From the sequence record LC739533.1: DNA of 64,000 nt. The stretch is one strand, 5' to 3'. Positions within the stretch are counted from its first letter, which is position 1; each line of letters opens with the position of its first letter. Below, in pieces: positions 43,424 to 51,478 of this stretch. Origin of the DNA: Escherichia phage phiWec179. A program made the translations under genes and the position numbers. The notes beneath the pieces were generated by a model that searched no databases, was not told the DNA's origin, and saw nothing but the letters and a program-made list of their open reading frames with translations.

Positions 43424-44020
43424 ATGCTTACTGTATATGGTGAAGGTATTAATGATCTGGAGGGTGAGAGCACTCTACCTGGTAGTAAGAAACTGACTCC
43501 TCATTATATGAAATGGATGGCTATGTTGGGGAGGTGTTACTCCCCTTGCCAACAAGAACGTGATCCTTGTTATCATGGGGTGCTGGTCTGTGAAGAATGG
43601 AAGCTGTTTTCCAACTTCTATGCTTGGTTAAAAACTTGGGAAGAGTGGGAGAAATTAGAATTAGACAAGGATATTATTGGAGGGGGAGTTTACTCCCCTA
43701 ACACCTGCCTTTTAGTAACAGGAGATCTTAACAAGTTCTTAGCTTATAGAGTGAGTAAAAGATCTCATGGAACTATGGTAGGTTTACATTACGAAAAAGA
43801 TCGTAAGAAGTATAAAGCCAATATTAAAACAGGCTCACGCATGGTAACACTTGGACGTTTTGATACTGAACTTGAGGCGCATCTTTGTTGGTTGAAAGCT
43901 AAAGCAGAACAACTTACAAAGTTTTTTGAAACAGAAGACAAAAGAGTTGTTCCACATCTTAAAGCATTGTATAATGATATGCTTGAACATATTGAACAAC
44001 GTAAGGAGTGGACACGATAG
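43424..44020 (+). CDS. AP2-domain homing-endonuclease-like protein, paralog B
   Basis: W..MLGRC...Y..V.VCEEW..F..F..W, LDKDIIGGGVYSPNTC, AP2-like MVTLGRFDTELEAHLCW; paralog of 38315..38953. Confidence 0.5.
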   Translation: MLTVYGEGINDLEGESTLPGSKKLTPHYMKWMAMLGRCYSPCQQERDPCYHGVLVCEEWKLFSNFYAWLKTWEEWEKLELDKDIIGGGVYSPNTCLLVTGDLNKFLAYRVSKRSHGTMVGLHYEKDRKKYKANIKTGSRMVTLGRFDTELEAHLCWLKAKAEQLTKFFETEDKRVVPHLKALYNDMLEHIEQRKEWTR

Positions 44021-44028
44021 GAGGGTAT

Positions 44029-44223
44029 ATGCGTTACGATTTAGATTACTTTGGTATGCCTTACCTACCCGATGAGTTCGCAGATGAGGCGGAAGATCGT
44101 GAGTGGGATGATGGGGATATCCGTTGTTGGTCTTGTGGTAAAGACATGTCTTACGAACAACACATGCACAACGATGGCTTCTGTCCGCACTGTCAGAATG
44201 AAATAGATTTAGAGGAGGACTAA
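44029..44223 (+). CDS. Small zinc-ribbon protein (64 aa)
   Basis: CWSCGK...CPHCQN; AGGAGG RBS. Confidence 0.5.
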   Translation: MRYDLDYFGMPYLPDEFADEAEDREWDDGDIRCWSCGKDMSYEQHMHNDGFCPHCQNEIDLEED

Positions 44224-44225
44224 TA

Positions 44226-44393
44226 ATGACTTCCGGTATTATGATCTGTTATAAGATCGTTCGTATTGTTGGGGATGAAGTTACTACTCGCCACTTTATG
44301 ATTGAAAATCATGCTGATGAGGTGTATAATGATTGGCTGGAACAAGGCGGATACGACTTCGTATCTAAAGAAACTTTCCACTTAGAAGTATAA
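44226..44393 (+). CDS. Small hypothetical protein (55 aa)
   Basis: GGAGGA RBS then ATG; not in the ORF track. Confidence 0.4.
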   Translation: MTSGIMICYKIVRIVGDEVTTRHFMIENHADEVYNDWLEQGGYDFVSKETFHLEV

Positions 44394-44402
44394 GGAGAAG
44401 AA

Positions 44403-44621
44403 ATGCGTAAATTAGTGAGTTTTAATGTTTCAATTCTGATTGATGAACAAAATGAAGATGTTATTAAAGGTCTTGCAAATAAGATTGAAGGTGGAATGAC
44501 GGAAGCAGAAGTATGGGAAGAATGTGCTCGACTTTATGAAGCAGGTGTTCTTGAAGTCTTGGAAGATGAGATTAATATGGATGATGTTGTTAAAGTAACT
44601 GTGGAGCGTATCAATGACTAA
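44403..44621 (+). CDS. Hypothetical acidic protein (72 aa)
   Basis: AAGGAG RBS. Confidence 0.5.
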   Translation: MRKLVSFNVSILIDEQNEDVIKGLANKIEGGMTEAEVWEECARLYEAGVLEVLEDEINMDDVVKVTVERIND

Positions 44622-45219
44622 ATCAAGCCAGATTACCCTTGCCCGTGAGATCCTTACTGTTCTTAAGATTGCTGATCCTCGTTCAATCCTGGCAGGTGGC
44701 GCGGTCCGTGATTGGTACATGCTGGACATTGCAGGGCGAGATCTGGACTTCTATACATCATTCCAGCCACACCGAAACATAGATCAGGTGATTACGTTTA
44801 TCAAAGAGAATCTTAAAGGCACCAATGTAACCGTGTTAGGTCAGGAGGAAATGGGTGACAACTATGAGTCTATGATCGGACTGAAACATGTGTTTGAGTT
44901 TATCCGTGATGATCAGGTTTGCAATCTCATGATCATGGAACCATGCTACATGAGCAACATCCTGAAAAACTTTGATCTTTCTGTTTGCAAAGCTTCGTTT
45001 GATGGTGTAGAATATTACTTCGATCCTGACTTCCTGGTAACAGATGCAACAAATATTTGCTTCGTGCATAAGGATGTTAAAGTGGATGCGAAACACGTCC
45101 GTAAGATCGCGGATCGCTTCCCGCACATGCGTTTTGTACGTGACTTGGATGTGCAGCGTCGCACGCAAGATAAGGCTCTACCAAAGTTCGAAGATACTGA
45201 TGAAGATATTCCTTGGTAA
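44614..45219 (+). CDS. Minimal nucleotidyltransferase (CCA-adding/poly(A) polymerase head-domain-like) with SSB-tail-like C-terminus
   Basis: ILAGGAVRDWYMLDIAGRDLDFY resembles the GGxVRD...DxD head-domain motif. Protein ends EDTDEDIPW, resembling the SSB tip DDDIPF. Confidence 0.45.
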   Translation: MTKSSQITLAREILTVLKIADPRSILAGGAVRDWYMLDIAGRDLDFYTSFQPHRNIDQVITFIKENLKGTNVTVLGQEEMGDNYESMIGLKHVFEFIRDDQVCNLMIMEPCYMSNILKNFDLSVCKASFDGVEYYFDPDFLVTDATNICFVHKDVKVDAKHVRKIADRFPHMRFVRDLDVQRRTQDKALPKFEDTDEDIPW

Positions 45220-45263
45220 TAAAGCTTGACTTTCACTAATCTTTTATGATAGGATGACAATCA

Positions 45264-45659
45264 ATGACTGAACGTTCAAAAGTAAGTGTTGAAACTGAAT
45301 ACAGCGAATACCTGAACAGTTTGATACTTGTTGAAAAAGATGTAATAGGTCTGGATAACTCGTTCTTCTTTCAAATCCTGATAGGTAAGGGTGGACACCG
45401 AAAGTTATTCTCTCGCGTGGAAGACTCTGACCTATCCGAAACTGAAATAACGGTTAAAGAACTTATTAGCCTACAGGATAACATCCGAAAAGTTATTGAC
45501 ACAGCCGGGAACGCTGTTACAATAAAACTCGACATGCATTCTGTGCAATTTGTTCATTTTCCGAATGGAGAAATTGGAGTTGGAATAGGTAAAGGTAAGT
45601 ACCTTTTAGAAAAAGAAAACGCAGAGCTTCTTCGTGAGTTCTGTGCAAAAACAATGTGA
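45264..45659 (+). CDS. Hypothetical protein (131 aa)
   Basis: Intact ORF. Confidence 0.55.
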   Translation: MTERSKVSVETEYSEYLNSLILVEKDVIGLDNSFFFQILIGKGGHRKLFSRVEDSDLSETEITVKELISLQDNIRKVIDTAGNAVTIKLDMHSVQFVHFPNGEIGVGIGKGKYLLEKENAELLREFCAKTM

Positions 45660-45676
45660 ATATAGAGGAGATAATA

Positions 45677-46585
45677 ATGTCCGTAATTAATACTGAAACT
45701 GATCGTAAAGGCAAAACTGTAACTTATGCAACTGGTGTTGTAGACTACGTTAAACTGGATAAATTCGCAGAGCCTAAAACCTTCCAATGGGATGGTAAGT
45801 CGATTGTTTCTACTCACCGTGCTTCACTCGTTCTGAAAGAAAAGGGTGCCAAGCAGGATGCAAAAGGGACGTGGATTAGCCTGGGTGATATTGAACTGAA
45901 AGAAGGTTACGAAAATCTTCAGGTTAAAGATGGTGATACTTGGATCACTATCGAAAAAGGTGTTGAAGTTAGTATTGATATCGACAAAGTTGATACCAAA
46001 GGCGACAAAACTTACTACAATACCAAGAAATCTCGTATCACTGTTCTTTCTACTGAAGGTGTTCAGAAGAAAGAAAATAAATCTGGTGGGACTGGCGTTT
46101 CAGGTAATACTGGAAACAAACAATCCTTCAAAAAACGTGATACCGTAGGTCTTGAGACTGGTCATGCAGTTAACGGAGCTTTGGAACTGATTCGTAATGG
46201 TGTGAAAGGTGAAGCGTTTGATATTGCAGGTGTGGTTCAGTCTGCTACTGTGACTCTGAAAGCTGAAGTGGCTAAAGAGCGTGGCGTAGATATCAGTGAT
46301 TATGATCTGGGGGCTTCTGTTGGTCACGCTGTTCTGAATGCCTGTAAAGATCATTCCGGTAAGACTGTTTCGGTAGAAGATTTGATTGAAACTGCTCGTG
46401 AAGTTCTGGCACTTTCTGACAAGGTAGCTAATGCCATTCGTGGCGCAGCAGAACAACCTAAGAAAGAAGAAGCCAAGAAAGAGCCTAAGAAGGAAGAACC
46501 GAAGCAGGAGCCTAAACAAGAACCTGCTCCTCAACAAAATCCAGAAGAACCTCCAATGGACTTCGATGATGATATTCCATTCTGA
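45677..46585 (+). CDS. ssb: Putative single-stranded DNA-binding protein
   Basis: C-terminal acidic tail ends MDFDDDIPF, identical to the E. coli SSB tip as recalled; Lys/Glu/Pro-rich linker precedes it. Start at MSVINTETD after GAGGAG. Confidence 0.55.
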   Translation: MSVINTETDRKGKTVTYATGVVDYVKLDKFAEPKTFQWDGKSIVSTHRASLVLKEKGAKQDAKGTWISLGDIELKEGYENLQVKDGDTWITIEKGVEVSIDIDKVDTKGDKTYYNTKKSRITVLSTEGVQKKENKSGGTGVSGNTGNKQSFKKRDTVGLETGHAVNGALELIRNGVKGEAFDIAGVVQSATVTLKAEVAKERGVDISDYDLGASVGHAVLNACKDHSGKTVSVEDLIETAREVLALSDKVANAIRGAAEQPKKEEAKKEPKKEEPKQEPKQEPAPQQNPEEPPMDFDDDIPF

Positions 46586-46619
46586 TCTTATTGATTTATA
46601 AAGAGTTTTTATAAAAGAA

Positions 46620-46648
46620 AAGGGAACCTTTGCGGGTTCCCTTTTTTA
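46620..46648. terminator. Bidirectional intrinsic terminator between convergent early and late genes
   Basis: Stem GGGAACC / GGTTCCC flanked by A-run upstream and TTTTTT downstream, so U-tracts on both strands. Confidence 0.7.
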
Positions 46649-49324
46649 TTAGTCGTAATATTTCAAACCTGTAATAAACTTCGATCCCCAATCCGCACTT
46701 GCGGCGGTGAACGTCAACATCCAAGTTGTAGCTGTACCAGTGAAGACCTCTCGTTGCACAGTACCATCAGTGTGGTAAATGTCCACGCCAGTATGTCCAT
46801 TCTTAGGAATAGTGAAGGTAACAGCACTGGTAGTGTCTCGTGCATAAGAACAAACAAATGGTGTCCCCGCCCAGACTGGATTTGTCAAATCACCCATCTC
46901 AAGTTGTGGAACCCAAGCAATAAGACCTGCCGTACCATCTCCTGCGAAAGTGTCTGATCCACTTGCATTCAAAGCTATAATCTCATAGGTTATAGATGCT
47001 TGTTTGGCAACTGTCACTTTGTGTAGAATTACACGATACCAACCATTCCCCATATCGATTATGTTTGCATCTGCACCTGTAAATGTTCCAGCTACAAGAT
47101 CATAAGTCCCTTCGTTAATCTCATCTCCTGAAGTCAATTTGAGTTTCACTTTAGTGATCCCGTCTGGCTTCAAGAATACGGATGCCGCCCAGTGCTTACC
47201 TGCTGTAATATCAGAAGCTGTATTCACTGCTGATAAAATATGTTGTCCTGAAGTTGTAGAAGGTGTTAACTTGTAAGTGTTAGCCGTAGTTCCAATCGGA
47301 GAGTTGATTGTTGATGCTGTGACTGTCAAGTTCGTCTTCAACCACGGGGAAGCTGTTGTCAAGTTATTGTTGATAAAGATATGTGTACGGTTGGCTGCTA
47401 CAACACGTCTACCTTGTGGAGTTGTACCAACATATTCTAAAGGTGCTACGGGAGCAGAACTCTCTGTAGGTACAAGGATATCTCCAGAAGTCCTGGCATA
47501 ACGGTTACTCCTGTTGACCTTTACATCCACCGGAATAGTTTCTTGCGTCAAATCATAGTCCATCACAATCACCACAGCATTCACTGCGAGATAAGAACTA
47601 TCTTCGGCAGTTACCACGCCTTGATAAGTTGCTCTACAACCAATACGACAATCTCCATCAGTAACCGCTGTAATAACGCCTGTAACGGGGTCAACTGTTG
47701 CTACTGTAGGGTCGTTAGAGAAATACTCAACAACCATACCAGGGAGGTTTTCTGCCCCTGCTGGGGTTATTTCTGCCACCAATGTTTGCGTTGTCCCTTC
47801 ATCCATAGCTGAAAGACTTGGAGTATACACTTCCAACGTTGAAGCATAACCTCCAGAGCTATCTGATAAAGTTGTTCCTGCTGCATTCAGTGCTGTCATC
47901 CCCGCATCAAAACCACCTTCAGCCACAAACGTCATCAAACCAGAAGCAGATATTGTCATGTACGCTGGGGCAGATGTTGTGTAAGCTTCATTGAAGATTT
48001 TGGCTCCTGAAGGACTTACTGAATAGGTTAACTGTTTGCTCCCACCAACAATACAAATACCTAAAGAATCTGTAGTTAAACTGGTAGCCAACTCTGATCC
48101 TAAGATCGAATCTTGTGAAATAGGTGCGAACTTGTTAGAATTCAACGTCCCATTAAACAGAGGATTGGTCTTACCATCAACAGTAACACCAGAGTAAAAC
48201 AGATTACCATCGTAGACAAAGAAAGTTGCATGGTAGCCTAACTGGTTAGTCACATCCAGATTCTGACTGTGGACACTTGTTAGTTTGCTCATGTCCCAAC
48301 TCGGAACACCTTCGGGCTTAAGAGGCTTCTCAACAACCAAAGGATCTGTTGCCAGAGATGCGTAACCAACACCTAAGTTTCCTGTGTAGTTTTTACCTAC
48401 AGCCCACAAACTGTTATTAATACTTAAGAAGAAAGCGTGGCGACTCATTGGGAAACTCCATGCAGAGAAACCGCCAGAGAAGTTGCTTACTTTCGTATAA
48501 GTTGTCGCAGTGTTAGAACGTGCATACAAATAATTCGTTGTTCCAGTACCGCCAGAGGTATCTCCAATTACCAATGTCTGGGAAACTGTGTTAACGTAAT
48601 CTTTCACATAAACTGTTTCGGTAGAAGATATAGTCGCAGTAACGAAAGCTGTTGTTGTACTGTTGTTACCTGCCATACCTTTGCTTGCACCGCAAACACG
48701 TAATGAACCAACGTTGTTAAGGTAAGAACATTGGTTGTATCCTGCATCAAATGCTAAAGCAACAGAAGTTATTTGACGTGGACTTGGGATTTGGTTAGTA
48801 TTACTTGAACCAAGGCTCCCCACTGTGTTTTGTCCTGAACCATAAAGCACTCCATTGTTCATGAGCCACAAGGTATTATTATAACCCCCTTTAACCTCTT
48901 TCAGGTTGGCTAAGGTTATGATTGAGGTAATAGACGATGGGAAGCTGGTCCACGTAGTCATGCAAACATCAGCGCCGCCAGCGGCTGTAGATCCAACAAG
49001 ACCTGCTAACAAGCCAGCATACTGCCAACCACCACTTTGAAGCTTGATAACGAAGCAACGATCTGCCGGAAATATATCTTCTGCTGTTGTTGATGCCAAA
49101 TGGAAGGTAGAGTATTTTGCTGTACGTGTGCCGTCAGCAATCTCTCCGAACACATTATCCCCTTGAGTGAATAAACGCCCATCGTTCAAGAGGAGAGCTA
49201 AACTGGTTTTAGAGTTGCCAGAAGCGTCTGGGTAATCTAAAGTTATTACTTTCTTGATTATTCCTGCTGGAAGTGGAACTACACCTGTGCTGGTCATAAT
49301 CATCATTACTGGAATTGGAAACAT
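46649..49324 (-). CDS. Tail fibre / receptor-binding protein with Ig-like (Big_2-type) domain (891 aa)
   Basis: Segment NDPTVATVDPVTGVITAVTDGDCRIGCRATYQG resembles a bacterial Ig-like domain; Ser/Thr/Gly-rich beta-rich composition; sits in the late fibre block. Confidence 0.65.
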   Translation of the reverse strand: MFPIPVMMIMTSTGVVPLPAGIIKKVITLDYPDASGNSKTSLALLLNDGRLFTQGDNVFGEIADGTRTAKYSTFHLASTTAEDIFPADRCFVIKLQSGGWQYAGLLAGLVGSTAAGGADVCMTTWTSFPSSITSIITLANLKEVKGGYNNTLWLMNNGVLYGSGQNTVGSLGSSNTNQIPSPRQITSVALAFDAGYNQCSYLNNVGSLRVCGASKGMAGNNSTTTAFVTATISSTETVYVKDYVNTVSQTLVIGDTSGGTGTTNYLYARSNTATTYTKVSNFSGGFSAWSFPMSRHAFFLSINNSLWAVGKNYTGNLGVGYASLATDPLVVEKPLKPEGVPSWDMSKLTSVHSQNLDVTNQLGYHATFFVYDGNLFYSGVTVDGKTNPLFNGTLNSNKFAPISQDSILGSELATSLTTDSLGICIVGGSKQLTYSVSPSGAKIFNEAYTTSAPAYMTISASGLMTFVAEGGFDAGMTALNAAGTTLSDSSGGYASTLEVYTPSLSAMDEGTTQTLVAEITPAGAENLPGMVVEYFSNDPTVATVDPVTGVITAVTDGDCRIGCRATYQGVVTAEDSSYLAVNAVVIVMDYDLTQETIPVDVKVNRSNRYARTSGDILVPTESSAPVAPLEYVGTTPQGRRVVAANRTHIFINNNLTTASPWLKTNLTVTASTINSPIGTTANTYKLTPSTTSGQHILSAVNTASDITAGKHWAASVFLKPDGITKVKLKLTSGDEINEGTYDLVAGTFTGADANIIDMGNGWYRVILHKVTVAKQASITYEIIALNASGSDTFAGDGTAGLIAWVPQLEMGDLTNPVWAGTPFVCSYARDTTSAVTFTIPKNGHTGVDIYHTDGTVQREVFTGTATTWMLTFTAASADWGSKFITGLKYYD

Positions 49325-49344
49325 TTTTATCCTCCATAAAAGAA

Positions 49345-49362
49345 AAGCCCCTTGCGGGGCTT
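49345..49362 (-). terminator. Intrinsic terminator between tail-fibre genes
   Basis: Stem AAGCCCC / GGGGCTT with TTGC loop and U-tract on the minus strand; RBS GGAGG of the next gene follows. Confidence 0.6.
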
Positions 49363-49365
49363 CTA

Positions 49366-51411
49366 TTATCGTGTTACAACAACCATGTCCACGATATTAC
49401 CCGCACCTGGATACGTCAACTGTAGAATTGTCACAGCACTTGCTGCTGTTGCTACATCCGTATCGTTCAGTGCTCCGTAAGACGCATCCAGCGTCACGGT
49501 GTGTCCCGTTGTATCTTGCAGAAGGTAAATCATTGCAGAGAAAGCTTTCGGTTTTGTAGCTCCTGTAACTCCAGGCCATGCCCCGATCGTCAATGCATCT
49601 GTAACGTTGACCACGTACATATTGGTCGCCCCAGAAGGAGTCCAAGAAGTACCTGAACTTGCTACGGTAGTAGTTTCAAGTTCAAGATAACCTGCTGTTA
49701 CTTTTGTAGGCGTTATTGCCTCTGTAGGATCGCCAGCCGAGATTTCAATCCAATCACCATCAGAACGCCCGTAGGTCAAACCATCTTCAGGAGCTTCAGG
49801 AATGCTTGGAAGTGTACCAACTTGCGTCCAAACAGTAGCAGCGGTTTTCTTAAAGACAGCCCCTGTTGCAGTGTTGAAAGCGTAGTCGTTAATAACACCT
49901 TCGGCATTGGTTGGGTTGGTTGCAGCTACAAACCATTGCGCCCCGTCCTTACCATCTGTTCCATTAGTCCCTGGTGTACCGTTAGTTCCGTTTGTCCCGT
50001 TAGTACCTGCTGGACCTGGATCACCCTTATCCCCTTTGTCACCTTTATCGCCTTTTATGCTACCCATGTCAACAAAAGAGGCGGTGTTCGTATCTTTGTC
50101 GTAAGTGTAAATATAAAGGTTACTGGTGTCTTCTGTCAGATAAGCATCGCCATAGTTGTTGTACGTTGGCAGCGCAGAACCGTTTGGTACATGACCTTTG
50201 GCAGTGATAGATGTTCCACCAAGGCTTCCTACGTTCATCCAGTCTGTAGCGCCTTCTACCCAAACATACAAGTTGTTGTTGATAATATATGCATCACCAA
50301 CTTCCCCTGTTGCTGGGAGTTCAGATTCATTAGAGAGAACGTCTAAGATTTCCAAGCCAGAGCCTGTTGCCCCAACTGGACCTTGCGGACCTATTTCACC
50401 CTGATCGCCCTGTTCACCTTGAATCCCTTGGTCGCCTTTCTCACCTTTGATCGCTGCGATAAAATCTACTTCCGTCCCTGTGTTACCAATATCTAACCAA
50501 GATTGGTAAGCTGACTTCCCTTCGTCACCATCTGTCCCATCAAGACCATCAGTACCTGCTTCACCCTGCGGACCTTGTGGGCCTACAATGTTACCCATGT
50601 TAACCCAGTCTTCACCATTGGAGACATAAAGATATCCACCAATAGAGTAAGCTTGGCTTACGTTATTTGGGTTAGCTGCTGGTAGGTTAGCAGTAGAGTC
50701 AAGATCCCCACGGTAATCAAAACCGTTCGCATTAAGACCTGCTGCCCCTTGTGGACCTTGAGGACCAACGTCTCCTCGATCTCCTTTCAGAGATGCCAAG
50801 TAGTCGTAAATTGTACCAGTATTACCTACTGACAACCACACTTGGTACGCTGACTTCCCTTCTGGACCCAAAGAAGAAATCATTTTCCAAGTTGCGCCGT
50901 CCCAAGCGTAAATGGCATCTCCGACAATCCAACCGTCCCCTAAAGCATTACCTGTTGTAGGTAATTGGTTGATGTTGTTCAAAGATCCTTTGATATTTAA
51001 TTGTGCGCCAGTGTCACCTTTAAGAGACGCTAACCATTGTTGTTCTGTGCCTACGAAACCATTATCCAGAGCAATCTGGTAGGCTGATTTCCCAGCTTCA
51101 GGGATTTGAGTAGAGATGTTATTGATCTCTTGCTGCATTATTGCAAAACGGGCATTAATTACTGCGATATCATCAGCAGTACCTACGCTCTCCCATCCAG
51201 TGGAGTTAATACCACCTGTGCTTGCCGGAGTAGAGTTCTCAGGAACAACTTTCGGAAAAGCACCTTTCCATTTATAATAGTTACCGTCATCATCTAAAAG
51301 CAGAACTTCACGGGCATTACGTAAAGTAAATCCCGCTGCAAAGCTTCGACGTTTACGGTACGTAGCTTCGACCATATCTGCAATCGAGCTATTCGGTCTT
51401 GTTAAAAGCAT
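49366..51411 (-). CDS. Tail fibre protein with collagen-like Gly-X-Y tracts and phage tail-fibre repeats (681 aa)
   Basis: GDKGDKGDKGDPGPAGTNGTNGTNGTPGTNGTDGKDG, GPQGPQGEAGTDGLDGTDGDEG, GEKGDQGIQGEQGDQGEIGPQGPVG; three copies of GKSAYQ.WL..GNTGT...D(Y/F)(L/I)A.(L/I)KG. Confidence 0.75.
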   Translation of the reverse strand: MLLTRPNSSIADMVEATYRKRRSFAAGFTLRNAREVLLLDDDGNYYKWKGAFPKVVPENSTPASTGGINSTGWESVGTADDIAVINARFAIMQQEINNISTQIPEAGKSAYQIALDNGFVGTEQQWLASLKGDTGAQLNIKGSLNNINQLPTTGNALGDGWIVGDAIYAWDGATWKMISSLGPEGKSAYQVWLSVGNTGTIYDYLASLKGDRGDVGPQGPQGAAGLNANGFDYRGDLDSTANLPAANPNNVSQAYSIGGYLYVSNGEDWVNMGNIVGPQGPQGEAGTDGLDGTDGDEGKSAYQSWLDIGNTGTEVDFIAAIKGEKGDQGIQGEQGDQGEIGPQGPVGATGSGLEILDVLSNESELPATGEVGDAYIINNNLYVWVEGATDWMNVGSLGGTSITAKGHVPNGSALPTYNNYGDAYLTEDTSNLYIYTYDKDTNTASFVDMGSIKGDKGDKGDKGDPGPAGTNGTNGTNGTPGTNGTDGKDGAQWFVAATNPTNAEGVINDYAFNTATGAVFKKTAATVWTQVGTLPSIPEAPEDGLTYGRSDGDWIEISAGDPTEAITPTKVTAGYLELETTTVASSGTSWTPSGATNMYVVNVTDALTIGAWPGVTGATKPKAFSAMIYLLQDTTGHTVTLDASYGALNDTDVATAASAVTILQLTYPGAGNIVDMVVVTR

Positions 51412-51455
51412 TTATTTACTCCTGATTAATCATTCGTTTATCGTTGGGAGTTAAA

Positions 51456-51476
51456 AAGGGGGACAAGCCCCCTTTC
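51456..51476 (-). terminator. Intrinsic terminator after the tailspike gene
   Basis: Stem AAGGGGG / CCCCCTT with 5-nt loop and U-tract on the minus strand. Confidence 0.6.
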
Positions 51477-51478
51477 AC

